Shown: positions 37,975 to 50,700, numbered from the stretch's first letter. The stretch: 64,000 nucleotides of DNA from Squalus acanthias (GCA_030390025.1 CM059425.1:168642001-168706000), one strand, 5' to 3'. Notes: generated by a model from the letters alone, not told the origin. Numbers and translations: made by a program.

Positions 37975-38806
37975 GCGGATGAAATAGATGGCAGGTCAAG
38001 TAGAGATGACAGAAGCAATGTCAATGGTGAGAAAGGTTCTACCAATGAGGTGACTCTGGATGGCGACTTTGCTGGAAACACTTGCAGCCTCTAGAAAGCT
38101 AAATCTGTGCTGACAATGCAGTCAGCAACAGCTTCTGCCTGAGGAAAGTGATCAGCTGTGAGGTGGGAGCTTTTATAGTACTTTTCATGCTGTCAACTAA
38201 TCAGCTGGATCAATGGCTACTCAACTCCTGCCTCGGGTTGATAAGAGGAGATTCCCGAGCTGCGTGAATCCCGTGGTTATGCAGGGAAATTCGAAAGGTA
38301 GGGTGAAAAAGGCGCTTAAGGGTTTGACAAGTACCTGATGATTTAAATTAGGTCGCCCACCTCTGCCGTTCGGGTCGCTAAGGCGTGTGGGAGCGGGATA
38401 ACAGTGGGTTCCCAACCCGCTCCAAGATATTTCAAATTTCCCACCTGATCCGCATCCAATCGCGCCTGCACGGACCCCAGAAAATTCCGGCCATTATGTC
38501 AACACTTCTTTGGATTTGTTTTTAAGAACTGTAAAACAGTTATCTAGAAATTGGAAGTTCCTGTCCTGTATTGATCAATTATGGATAGCAGTGTAGACAT
38601 GGCAATATAAATATTTGTTAAGTAGGGTGATCTGTTATTTACTGCAATTAGTTTAAATTGTGAGAAGTAAATATATCTGCTTTCAATGAGACTGTCATCT
38701 GAACATTTGCGTTGCAAGGTACTTTTGTACCTTGAGCAACCCCACACATTGTTTTTGATAGCCAAACTCCCATCATTATTCACTCCATTTATTTTTCCTT
38801 TTCCAG

Positions 38807-38898
38807 GGACTGTGGCAGTAGATATGGAACTTGCTTAGATGAAGCTAAAATCATGTATGCATGGGCTAGAAACGCTCCACCCACGAAGTTACCTGCTG
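38807..38898 (+). CDS. PAM: PAM coding exon (DCGSRYGTCLDEAKIMYAWARNAPPTKLPA)
   Basis: ttccAG acceptor, G|GTATGT donor; 92 nt, phase 2 to 1; YAWARNAPPT motif. Confidence 0.97.
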
Positions 38899-38959
38899 GT
38901 ATGTTTCTTTTTAAATTTATTGGCCTTAAATGCAGACGGTTAATATCAATACCCATATT

Positions 38960-39830
38960 TTAATTTGCACTCCAACACTGTCTTCTCTTCCCACTATCAG
39001 TTCTGGATGTCCCCAAGAATCCATCCAGGACCCCCTCTTCTATCTTTACATGCTGCCCCTTGGTGACATCATCCACAAATATGGGGCCATCTTCCACAAA
39101 TATGGAATCATAAACACTGATGATACCCAGCTCTATCTCTCCATCACCTCTCTTGACCCTTCACTGCCTCTGTACTGTCACACTGCTTGTCTGACTTTCA
39201 CTATTGGATGAGCCGCAATTTCCTCCAGCTAAAGAAAGCACAAACTTGCATTTATATAGCTCCTTTTGTGACCAAGATGCCTGAAATTGCTTCACAGCCA
39301 AATAAATACTGTTAAAGTGTAATTGTTATGTAATTAAATACAGCAGCTAATTTGTACACAGCAAGGTCCCACACCAACAGCATTGAGCTATGTGACCAGA
39401 TAATATGTTTTAGCATTGTTGATTGCGGGATACCCCTATCATTTTAATTTGCACTCCAGCAAATATTGGACAGGACACCTGGAGAACCCACCTGCTCTTC
39501 TTCGAATAGTGCCATGGGATCTTTCATGTCCAGCTGAACAAGCAGACATTGGTTTAATGTCTCATCCGAAAGAAGGCACCTTTGACAATGCAGCACTCCC
39601 TTAGTACTGCACTGAAATATTGGCGTAGATTATGTGCTTAATTCCTGGATCAGTGCTTGAACGCATGACGCAGGCAAGAGTGGTACCAATGAAATAAGGC
39701 TGACACCTTGGATAAATATTGCGAAGACTGAAGCCATTGTTTTTGGCCTTCATCACAAATTCTGTACCCTCACCACTGAATCCAACCCCCTTTCCACCCA
39801 CTGACTAAGGCCAAACCAAACTGTTCACAA
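38960..39830 (+). mobile_element. L2 RT fragment split by a Deu-SINE
   Basis: GCPQESIQDPLF...DDTQLYLS; resumes at ~39713 with taaatattgcgaagactgaagcc. Confidence 0.75.
39231..39707 (-). mobile_element. Deu-domain SINE
   Basis: Colinear with the copy at 12146-12577. Confidence 0.8.
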
Positions 39831-40014
39831 TTTTCGGCTAGAAAATTACAATTTCATGTTATCTGGAACTTATCAGTGGGTGCTGGCTACATTGCAGGTT
39901 GGCTTCCTTACGGGTTCTGCCACAGTCCTGATGCTGGAACGTAAATATAAAGTTCAAGACTGCTGGAGGGGGAAGAGTAAAATATTTGACGACTTTTTCC
40001 CCTTTAGTATTTAA

Positions 40015-40460
40015 TTGAATCATGGAATCATACAGCACAGAAGACCATTCGGCTCATCGTGCCTGTGCCGGCTCTTTGGTAGAGCTATTAATTAGTTCTG
40101 CTCTTTCCCCATAGCCCTGTAGATTATTCTTTTTCAAGTGTGTGTATATATACAATTCCCTTTTGAAAGTTACTACTGAATCTGCTTCCACCACTCTTTC
40201 ATACAGTGCATTCCAGATCATCATAACTTGCTGTGTAAAAAAAAAAAAAAATTCTCCTTCTCCTTTCTGGTTTTTTCCCACAATTATCTTAAATTTGTGT
40301 CCTCTGGCTACTGACCCTCCTGTCAATGGAAACAGGTTTTCCATATTTACTAAAAACCTTCCCTTAACCTTCTCTGCTCCATTTCTCTAGTCTCTCCACA
40401 TAGCTGAAGTCCTTCATCACTGTTATTGTTCTAATAAATCTCCTCTGCAACATCTCCACT
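40015..40460 (-). mobile_element. CR1 3' fragment
   Basis: ORF 40054-40344 LFPL...RGHKFK...FFTQQVMMIWNAL; CR1 tail. Confidence 0.75.
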
Positions 40461-40827
40461 GCCTTCCTTATGGGGAATACTTTAGATTAATGGCACTTTC
40501 TATAGCCAAGAGTATCATTATCTTTTAATTGAATATTATGCAAAATTGTTGAGATATCGAATGTATTACAAATTTTATTTGACGTTACAATAAAGTATAT
40601 TGCAGTTGAAAAAGTGAATTTTCTACATAAATGTGAATGTCATTTTCTCTGCACAGAAATATCCTTTCTTATTTGCAAGCTTTTCATAACTACAGTATAC
40701 AAGTGCAACATTTGTTCAGAGAAAATAAAGCAAATGAAATAGTACAAGATACATTTACATGATCACAGATCTAAGTATTTCAGTCGAACAGTTTTCCTTT
40801 TCTAATGAAAATATTAAAATTAAAACA

Positions 40828-40960
40828 AAACAAAATACTGCAGATGCTGGCAATCTGAAATAGAAACAGAAAATGCTGGAAATACTCAGCAGGTCAGGCA
40901 GCATCTGTGGAGAGAGAAACAGAGTTAACGTTTCAGGTCAATGACCTTTTGTCAGAACTG
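40828..40960 (-). mobile_element. Penelope-like terminal repeat with a degenerate minimal hammerhead motif
   Basis: Same terminus as 6543-6660; minus strand AGTT-CTGACAA-A-AGGTC-ATT-GACCT-GAAAC-GTT-AACT. Confidence 0.7.
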
Positions 40961-41577
40961 CATTGTGGGCATGGGAAGCTTCTGCCTGAATCATGCTAAA
41001 ACATTTCAATGAGACACAAGTACTGTCATAACATCTTCCTTGTAATTTTCTGGCCCAAACAATGAATAGATGCCCGAGTTAAATAATACCTATAGAAACT
41101 GGGTGTTCCTTGAGATCAGAGGACCTTTAAAGCAGCAGCCAGCAACTTTTTTTTTACCAGTTTTTTTAAATCTGCACTGGTTTTAATTTAGCTATATGGC
41201 AAATAATACATACAGAAATACATTGGACAATGAATTGTTTGATTTATATCAGCATAACAAAACTAGGTGCTTTGTACGTTAATCACTTAGTCAATCAATA
41301 GCATGGCTGTTGCTGATGCTGCTATGCTGCAGATCAAGGGTCAAGGATTGTGTGAATTTATCCAAATTGTTTTGAAAATTCTGTTTATTTTCTTTTGCGA
41401 GACTGGCTTTGAAGAGCAGACTTCCTGTCACCCTTCCCCAATATATGCTTCGTTTGAAATAGGCCTTTGAAGGCATACACTTAGGCAGGCCAAGCCTTGA
41501 CTGAAACCATTTCTCCCACTCCACTGCAGAGCCATATTGAGTGATGTCAGTGCTATTGATGAAAGCTGACCACAACA

Positions 41578-41848
41578 AGGGGGCATAACCTTAAACTGGG
41601 AGTTAGGTCATTAAGGGGTGATGTTAGGAAGCATATTTTCACATAAATGGTAGTGAAAATCTGGAACTCTCGCCCAGAAAGCTGTTGAGGCTTTCAATTG
41701 AAAACTAAGATTAGTAGATTGTTGTTAGGCAAAGTAATGAGGGTGACGGAACCAAGGCGGGTAGATGGAGTTAAGACACAGATCTAACTGAATGGTGGAA
41801 CAGGCTCGAGGGGCTGAATGGCCTACTCCTGTTCCTATGTTCCTATGA
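41578..41848 (+). mobile_element. CR1 3' fragment
   Basis: ggctcgaggggctgaatggcctactcctgttcctatgttcctatg tail. Confidence 0.8.
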
Positions 41849-43944
41849 CAGTGGTGAATGAGACAGACAGATAATGTCGCCAGTGTCTTGAAATATATCC
41901 ATCCCCTGCTGCAAATCCATCCTGCTACAGAATTTCCCCACTCAAAATAAATTCCTCCTTTGTCAAAAATCTGAAGTTGCTGTCCCAAATGAAGTCACCC
42001 TAAAACCAGCCCACAAAAAATTATTTTGAGATAACGTTGCTGGAAGCAGTTCCAAGGTGGGAGAAGAACGTATTTTTTGTGTAAATTTGAAAAAAGAATT
42101 GCTCCAAACCCCCCTCTCTCCCCCCCCCCCCCCCCCACCCCACCAACCAACAAAACCACTGATCTGTCAGAGTGATGAAATGGCTCTGCCAGCTCCCACA
42201 GCTATAGCACAGCTGGCTGAACGCTGCCTCACCAATCTACAATACTGCAGATTCCTACTAGAAAGAGAAAGCATTGTTGCCAGTAGATGTATCAGCAAGC
42301 TGTGTTCCCACTGTGGGAGCTGGTAGCGCTATCTACTCATATAAAAAAAATTAACTGCTCCTTGGGCCATTTGAAGTTAGGCCACAAGCTGTATTTGATC
42401 ATCAATTGGCCATTCAGCTTGGATTCATTCTGTCAAAAATGAAATCGTACATTAATAAATACTGTTTTTTTTCAAATCTCCAAAAAGCCAACATGGTTTT
42501 TCCAGTTGTAATTCATTAAGGGTAAAGCAGTGTTTCCTCAGGGATTGTTCTGTGCCTGTGTGCCGCCTGTATCTGATTAATTTGCTATAAAGACAAAAGG
42601 CACAGATATTCACAAAACAAGCCATAAAAATGAAATGACATGAATAATTTAAGTGATGCATTATTCTAGCTTTCTTTTTTCCTTATACAATATTTTTTCT
42701 CCCTCCTACCAAAATATTTAAATGGGAGGAGATTATATTTGGATTTTTTCAATCACTTTAAACAACTTCATTGTATTTACACCAAATGAAATATGCTTAT
42801 TTCATTAATGCTGGTTTATTTTCAAAATTTAAATTGTGATAGAATTCAAGAGGGATAACAGTATTCTGTTGATGCCAGTGAATTAATTATTAAGTTGCAG
42901 AGAAAGCTCTTTTTAAAAAAAAAAAAATAACCTCAATACAACTTCAGTGAAATCTATAATGAGGCCACTGAAGGCACTTATCAGTAGAAGTCATTTCCAA
43001 TTCTTTTTCTCTGTCTCTCACACAATCACTTGGGTCAACGTGCAGAAATGTTGGAGATTTGCAGACAGGTGTCTAAATCGACAGTAGCTGTTTCTTGATT
43101 GCTGCAAGGAAGATGTCAGTTTTGTAGCTTAGAGACCACGAATGCTTCAGTGCCAATCATTTCTGCCTGAATTCAATATTGTGTGTGGTTGCATAGGTCA
43201 CTAGACTAAAGGTGAGGAAGCCCGTCAGTAAAGAAGAGTGCAGTGCAGTGCAGTAACCAGCTGTCAGTCTGGATTGCAGATGATATGCTTTAAGACTAGT
43301 TATGAATTGAAAAGTTTAAGGCTAATAGCACTCTATTTAAATAGTGAACATAGGTGTGCTGCAATGAATCGTGTGTCAGATAATAAATGCCTTCCCTCTA
43401 TTGTGCTGTTGATTATCGACAATTTGCTAAAAGTTGTGCGTCTGCATGGATTTCTTGTTGAGTAACATTTCTGTAACACTGTCGTGTTGTTTTTGTCATA
43501 GTTACATTTTTGTCATATTAGTCACGCTATTTCCATTTCAATTTGTGTTCATTTCTCTGTTTTTTCAATTGATATTGCTTATTTCTGATTGAGTCCTCTG
43601 CAATTAGAGTCCAAGATGTGTGTCTGTTATATTTTTGGGTTTTATGCTAAATATTCTACTTGTGTTCAACATCATTGGCCACTTCTATAAGCAGACTCTG
43701 TGTTCTTTATGATCCAGAGTGTGCCTTTACTTGCCTGATATCTAGTAAACGATAGCCAGACCCAAAAATTGAACTGAGCGCGCTTGCTGGCTGAATATCT
43801 TATTTGGCTTCCTCCCAAGATCTCCACCATCATAGATGCCAATTCAATTAATTCCATATGACTTTAAGCAGCGGCTGAATGCACTGAAAATGTTGAAGGC
43901 TATTATGAGCCTGACAACATCCGATTGTAATGTTGAAGACCTAC

Positions 43945-45100
43945 ACCAAAACTAGCTGGCCCCCAACCAAACTGTTTCAATACAGCTTTGATACTGGCAT
44001 CTACCCGCCAATGTGGGTGATTGCCAAGGTATGTTGTATCTATGAAAAAACAGGATAAATCAGACCTGGCCAATTACCACCCTATTAACCTCCTCCCAAT
44101 CATCAGTAAAGTGATGGAATGAGTCATCAATAGTACCATCTACTCACCAGTAACCTTCTCACCGACACTCCGTTCAGCAGGACCACTCTGCTCCAGACCT
44201 CATCACAGCCTTGATCCAGATATGGACACGTGCTGGATGCCAGAGGAGAGATAGAGAATATCTGACATCAAGGCAATATTCAACCATATATGGCACCTAG
44301 GAGCCCCAACAAAACTTAGGTCAGTGGGGTGGGGGGAATGGAAAAACTCTTCAGTAACTGGAGTCATACTGGACACAAAGGAAGATGGTTGTGGTTGTCA
44401 GAGGCCTATCATTTGTTGCCCCATGAAGCTATTTTATAATTACTTTCTTTCCATCATAAGGTCAGAGGTAGACTGTTCACTGAAATTGCCACAGTGTTCA
44501 GCTCTATTCACAACCCCTTCGCTAATGAAGCAGCCTGTAATAGCCCACAGTAGGATCTGGACAAAATCCAGACTGGGCTGATGTGAGGCAGGCAAAATTT
44601 GTGCCACATTAGTGCCTGGTAATGACAATCTAGAACAAGGCAAAGTCTAGCAACATCCTCCTGTCCTTCAATAGTGCCATTATCATAGAGACCCTCACCA
44701 TCAACATCTCAAGTCAAGAAGCTTAACTGGACCAGCCTTTTCAACACTTTGGCTCAAGAGCAGGGCAGACAGTGGGTACTTTGTGATGAGTTGCTTACCA
44801 CCTATTCCCCCAAAACCTCTCCACCACTTGTAAGGCTCAGGTCAGGAATGTGATATATTCAACACTGACCTCGAAGGTTGTAGCCGTAGCAATGCTCAAG
44901 AAGCTCAACACCAACCTGGATAAGTCACTTGATCAGAACTTACATCGTCCTGAGTGAAAATGCTGCAGTTTGTGACCGCATTGTGCGAGCACCATCAACA
45001 CAAGAATTGCAGTGGTTCACTGCACCTTATTAGATCGGTAGGGATAGGCGACAAATGCAGCTTTTCCATTGTCACCCATGTCCTGAGAGTGTTTTCTTTT
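43945..45100 (+). mobile_element. Old, degraded family B LINE
   Basis: Degenerate but colinear with 940-2430. Confidence 0.75.
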
Positions 45101-45474
45101 TAAAAATTCCCGCCATCACCATAATCCTCTCACTCTGCTCCCTGGTGACATCACTCACCCACCTGTTGGGCAGCTGGGGCAGTGAGTGATGGGGAGTTAA
45201 TGGTGGGACCAGATGTCAGAAGGGGCAGCGTGATTCTCTGCTGACTCATCATAAGCAATGCCATGGGAGATCCTCTAGTAATATATTAAACGTCTTGAGT
45301 ATAACGTACACTTCCTGTAAGTCGCTTATTTGCTTTGAGTAACACTTTCCTTGCACTTTATCGCAGACATCCCTATTGTTAGAAAATAGTGCATCCTCCA
45401 ATTCAGCATGAGCAATGCCAGGGGATACCTGCTAGTATGTGCATTAAAAACTTGTGTTTTATAGGTGCCTGTGT

Positions 45475-45965
45475 ATGCTGCCTGTATCCTAACTCGCACG
45501 AATCCTGTTCACCGATCACCCTTGTGCTTGCTAACCTACATTGGCTCACGGTCTGGCAATGCCTCGATTTTTAAAATTCTCATCCTTGCTTTCAAATCCC
45601 TCCATCGCCTCGCCCCTCCCTATATCTGTAACCTCCTCCAGTCCTACAACCCTCTGTGATCTCTGCGCTCCTCCAATTCTGGCCTCTTGTGCACCCCCAA
45701 TTTTCTTTGCTCAATCATTGGCAGCCGTGCCTTCAGCTGCCTGGGCCGTAGGCTCTGAAAATCCCTCGCCGAGCCTCTCCATCTCTCTACCTCTCTTTCC
45801 TTTTAAAAGATGCTCCACAAAACCTACCTCCTTAACCAAGCTTTTGGTCCCCTGTCCTAATATCTCCTTATGTGACTCTGTCAAATTTTTGTTTGATAAC
45901 GCTGCTGTGAAATGCCTTGGGGGCGTTTTACTACATTAAAGGCACTATATAAATGCATGTTGTCA
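45475..45965 (+). mobile_element. L2 3' fragment
   Basis: PITLVLANLHWL motif; same tail as at 31560. Confidence 0.8.
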
Positions 45966-46167
45966 TACTTCATGCATCACACTTGAAACGCATGGTATGC
46001 ATCACACAGGCATGTTCAGTAAACTGCAGCAAATCACAGCAGATATGGTATGCACCAGTCCAAAGCAGCCAAAGTGAGTATATAAACTTCTAGTAAAACA
46101 CTACTGAGCATATATAAACAGCCAATCAACAATGAACAGTCTAAGAGTCAGTTTATGCATTCTTGGC

Positions 46168-47070
46168 ATAAGAACATAAGAAATAGGAGCAGGAGTAGGT
46201 CATTTGGCCCCTCCAGCCTGCTCCGCCATTCAGTAAGATCATGGCTGATCTGGTCTTGGCCTCAACTCTACTTTCCTACTCACTCCCCATAACCCTTGAC
46301 CCCCGTATCGTTCAAAAATCTGTCTTATCTCCCACCTTAAATATATTCAATGACCCGCAGCTCTCTGGGGTAGAGAATACCAAAGATTCACGACCCTCTG
46401 AGAGAAGAAATTCATTCTCATCTCCGTTTTAAATGGGTGACTCCTTATTCTGAAACTATGCCCCTTAGTTCTAGATTCCCCCACGAGGGGAAACATCCTC
46501 TCTGCATCTACCCTGTCAAGCCCCCTCAGAATCTTATATGTTTCAATAAGATCACCTCTCATTCTTCTAAACTCCAATGAATATAGGCCCAACCTGCTCA
46601 GCCTTTCTTCATAAGACAACCCCTTCATCTCAGGAATTAATCTAGTGACCCTTCTCTGAACTGCCTCCAATGCAAGTATATCCCTCCTTAAATAAGGAGA
46701 CCAAAACTGTATGCAGTACTCCAGGTGTGGTCTCACAAACGCCCTGTACAGTTGTAGCAAGATTTCCCTACTTTTATACTCCATCCCCCTTGCAATAAAG
46801 GCCAACATTCCATTTGCCTTCCTAATTACTTGCTGTACCTGCATGCTAACTTTTTGTGTTTCATGTCCAAGGACCCCCCCAGATCCCTCTGTCCCGCAGC
46901 ATTTTGTAGTCTCTCTCCATTTAAATAATAATTTGCTTTTTTATTTTTGTTACCAAAGTGGATAACCTCACATTTTCCCACATTATACTCCATCTGCCAA
47001 ATTTTTGCCCACTCACTTAACCTATCTATATCCCTTTGCAGATTCTTTGTGTCCTCTTCACAACTTGCTT
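46168..47070 (-). mobile_element. CR1 LINE (family A) 3' part
   Basis: ORFs 46347-46844 and 46826-47086, very similar to 10681-11922. Confidence 0.92.
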
Positions 47071-47387
47071 GATGTGGGCGTTGCACTTATTGCCCATCCC
47101 TAGTTGCCCCCAGGAGGTGGTGGTGGGCCGCCTTCTGTAGCGGTTTGGTACAACTGTGTGGCTTGCTAGACCACTTCAGAGTTAACCACGTTGGTGTGGT
47201 ACTGGAGTCACATTTAAGCCTGACTGGATAAGGATGGCAGGTTTCCTTTCCTTAAGGACATTAATGAACCAGTTAGGTTTTACAATCCAACAGCTTCAGG
47301 TCGCATGACTGATACCAGCTTTTCATTGCCAGAATTTTTAAAAACTGAATTAAAATTCTCAAGCTGCCATGGTTCATTTGAAGTCAC

Positions 47388-47725
47388 TGTAAGATCTTAA
47401 TGATCTCAGTTCTTGGACAAGACACCAATAGGCAGCAGCCAGTATGTTTGAGCAATAGATCAGATTTATTAAGCTTACAGCGTAATTAATACTTAACATT
47501 AGGCGATAGTAAAACGAATAGCTCGCAGCCCTTGGTCTCTGGAGCCCTTCGGACACAGGCAACATCGTTGTAAGTCTGTTCCTTTTCTTCGCAGCAGATC
47601 TCTGTGTGAAGTTGTTCTTTGAGTATCGAAGTTTTAACCCATTCCTTATCAACAGTTCGTTTGGCCAGTGTCCATATATGGTCTTTAACAAAATCACCAC
47701 CTTTAATTAGTTCTATTGCTCAAAA
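47388..47725 (-). repeat. Partial 3' LTR
   Basis: 47408-47725 aligns without gaps to 53340-53657 with about 14 mismatches by eye; minus-strand AATAAA near 47467. Confidence 0.88.
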
Positions 47726-47739
47726 AAAGAGTGCAGTAT

Positions 47740-50700
47740 TTATTCTTTGACAGTCTTTAACTGATTGATATGGTACCATTTAGTTACTTTTGCCTTTTCC
47801 ACTCTCCCTTTAGGGTACTGAACCAGTTACACGGCTGGATTCAATTTATCCACTATCGAGTAGGGTCCCTTCCATTTGGGGTCAAACGCATTTTCTTTTT
47901 TCCCATAATTTAGTACCATGACTTTATCACCTATCTGATATTCAAAAGGTCGAACCTTCTGGTCAAAGTATTTCTTGATTTGGTTTTTAGATTTCCCTAA
48001 ATTCTTTGCTACGTGTCGGTTAACTTCATCAATATGCTCTACTGTGCGCTCCAACCATGAGTGGTTACATGGTTGTTGCGTGAGTGGGGTAGTGCCAGTC
48101 AAAGTTAGATGACCTGGAGTCCTCATCAACCTCCCAGTCATTGCCTGGTAAGGTGATATCCCCGTGGTCCTATGTGGCGTGGACTGAATTGCCATTAAAC
48201 ACATGGGTAACATATTGACCCATTGAGTGGGATGTTCTGTACACAATTTTCCCAACATGGATTTCAGTGTGCGATTCCCTCTTTCCACTATCCCGGATGA
48301 TTGGGGATGATGAGCTATATGTAGTTTATGTTTAATTCCCATAATTTCCTGTAATTTGGAAAAAACTTCACCAGTGAAGTGGGTGCCCTGATCACTATCA
48401 ACTTGAAGTGGCAGTCCCCACCTACAGAACACCTCACTCAATAACAATCTGGCCGCAGTAAGCGCAGTGTTGGATCAGGAGGGGAAGGCCTCAATCCATT
48501 TAGTGAACTGGTCGATAACGAGGGCGTATTTATAATTGCCCTGCGAAGGAGGGAGGGGAACCAATAAAATCAATTTGAATATGAGTCCAGGGCCCATCAG
48601 GGCCTGGCTGACTTCGAAGGAGAGCACGGTTGGAACAAGGGGAGGGATTGTGCTGCAAACACGGTATGCATTGGGAAACATATAAATTTACAGTTTCCTT
48701 CATATTAGGCCACCAGGCTGTGGAGGCAGTCTTTGTGAAAGTGACTTCTGCCGAGTAATGACCTCCTACAGGGTGGGAGTGGAATAGGAACAAGAGTTCT
48801 TCTGCCAGGTGTGGGGAAATACAGACAACCAGGTACTTATCTGGGGCATTTTGATCCATAAGTAATGGTTGTGAACCCTTTGTAGTAAGAAGGGTCTTGG
48901 GGGCCCATGCGGTGGGTGCCGGTAATTGGTCATGCCAATTGATGACTATCTGATAGGGGCTATACTCTGTTTGAAGGGAAGCCAAATCGAGAGCTTTGCT
49001 AACTGCAGCAACTGGGATTACCTCCTCCAAGTGGTAGAGGGAGAGGATCGCCGGTCAGGGCTGCTTCTTTAGCAGCTACATCTGCCGCATTATTCCCCAG
49101 GGCGTGAGCGGACTGCTCTCTCTTGTGGGCATTAACCTTACCAATGTGACAAGGCTTTTGTCGTGCCTTTAGGGCCTGCCATATGAGACATAACCATGGC
49201 CCATGGGTTAGGGGTTTACCATCTGACGAGAAGTAGGAATTCTTTTGGTAGAGGGGAAGGGACAGCATGGCATTGATGGCATAGGCACTGTCAGACCAAA
49301 TGTTTGTCGGGTAGCCAGAAGTTTCTTGAACGGCGATGAGAATGGCCAAAATCTCTGCATATTGGCTTGAGTGTTTATTACTTTTAAACTTGAGAGTCTT
49401 CTCGGGTAGGACCACAGCACAGTATGAGGTGAGTCCTGTATGTGGTAGGAGGAGCCATCTACGTATACTTCAGAGGCTCCTTCTATTGGTGATCGCAAAA
49501 CAGGATGGGACTCAAAGTCTATTAAAGGCAGCGGACACTAGTGAGGGTGTCCCTCGTACGCAAGCATCAGTGGTAAAATAGTCTGTTTGGAGGTTATAGC
49601 AATGTCCCGTTGTAATAGTTCTAAAGCCCATTTACTGATGCGTTGGGATGAGATCAAAGAATTGCCTGGTTTGATAAGGAGGTTCAGTGGGGTGTGAGGG
49701 GAATGCAAGATGATCCTCTGTAAGCCCGTAATGTAGGTAAAGTGTTGACTGGCCCAGAACGTCGCCAGTAGGTGGCACTCACGCTGAATAAGTCCGTTCT
49801 GCCCCCTGCAAAACCCGTGAGGCATATGCGATCGGTTGTAACCTGTCCAGTCGTTCTTGACAGGACGGCAGTCAGACTATGGTCAGTGGATGCGACCTCG
49901 AGATGGAATGGCTGTGTCAGGTCGGGTGATATCAAACAGGTAGCCTGCATAACAACCTGTTTCAATTTCTTAACTGCAGCGGTGTGATCTGGCCCCCACA
50001 AGGAGGAAATTTGATCCTCTTTTCCTTTTAACAGTTCATAGAAGGGTTTTGCAAGTTCTGCAAATCCAGGAATAAAACTACGCTCGTATTCCACTAGTCC
50101 CAAAAACGATCGGAGCGCTGTCCTGGATACAGGAAGCAGGAGTCGTTGAATGACCTCTATCTTGTGCTCGTCGGGACTTAGACCCTGCGGAGAGATTGTC
50201 ACTCCCAAATAGGTGACCTGTTCTTGCAAAAGCTGAGCTTTTCGAGGGTTAATTTTCAAGCCTGCACTGCTTAACAGTGTTAAAAGTTCATCGAACAGTT
50301 CAAGGTGCTCCTCGATTGTACTAGTAGCCAGTAGCAAGTTGTCGACATACTGAAGCAGGCACTGGGGCTTAGAAAAAACTTTCAGGATCCGTACCATTCT
50401 GGTATGGAAGATGGTCAGGGCGTTGTGGAAGCCTTGGGGTAGGCACGTCCACGTGTAACTCTGGTCCTCAAAGGTGAAGGCAAATTTATATTGATCCTCT
50501 GTTCTGACGGGAATACTCCAAAAGCCATTCGCAATGTCTAGGGTGGAGTAGTATTTAGAGTCTTTTGGGAGTTCTGATAATAAGGTCAGCGTATCCTTAA
50601 CAATAGGGTCGCTCTTGGGCGTAACCTTGTTAAGACTTCGGTAATCAATAGTGAGCCTCCAACTATCGTCCGGCTTCCGAACCGGCCAAGCTGGTGAATT

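Larger units (their letters stand above)
34388..38492. mobile_element. PIF/Harbinger DNA transposon, two-gene autonomous type, decayed
   Basis: Convergent Myb/SANT gene (+) and DDE transposase (-); right end aaaattccggcc; left subterminal region homologous but terminal TIR not seen. Confidence 0.88.

Noticed and set aside
47374..47700. Duplicated ~100-aa ORF (also at 53336-53632) suggesting an accessory or env-like gene
   Set aside because: Lies wholly within the LTR repeat, uses a non-ATG start and has no recognisable motif; the duplication is just the LTR
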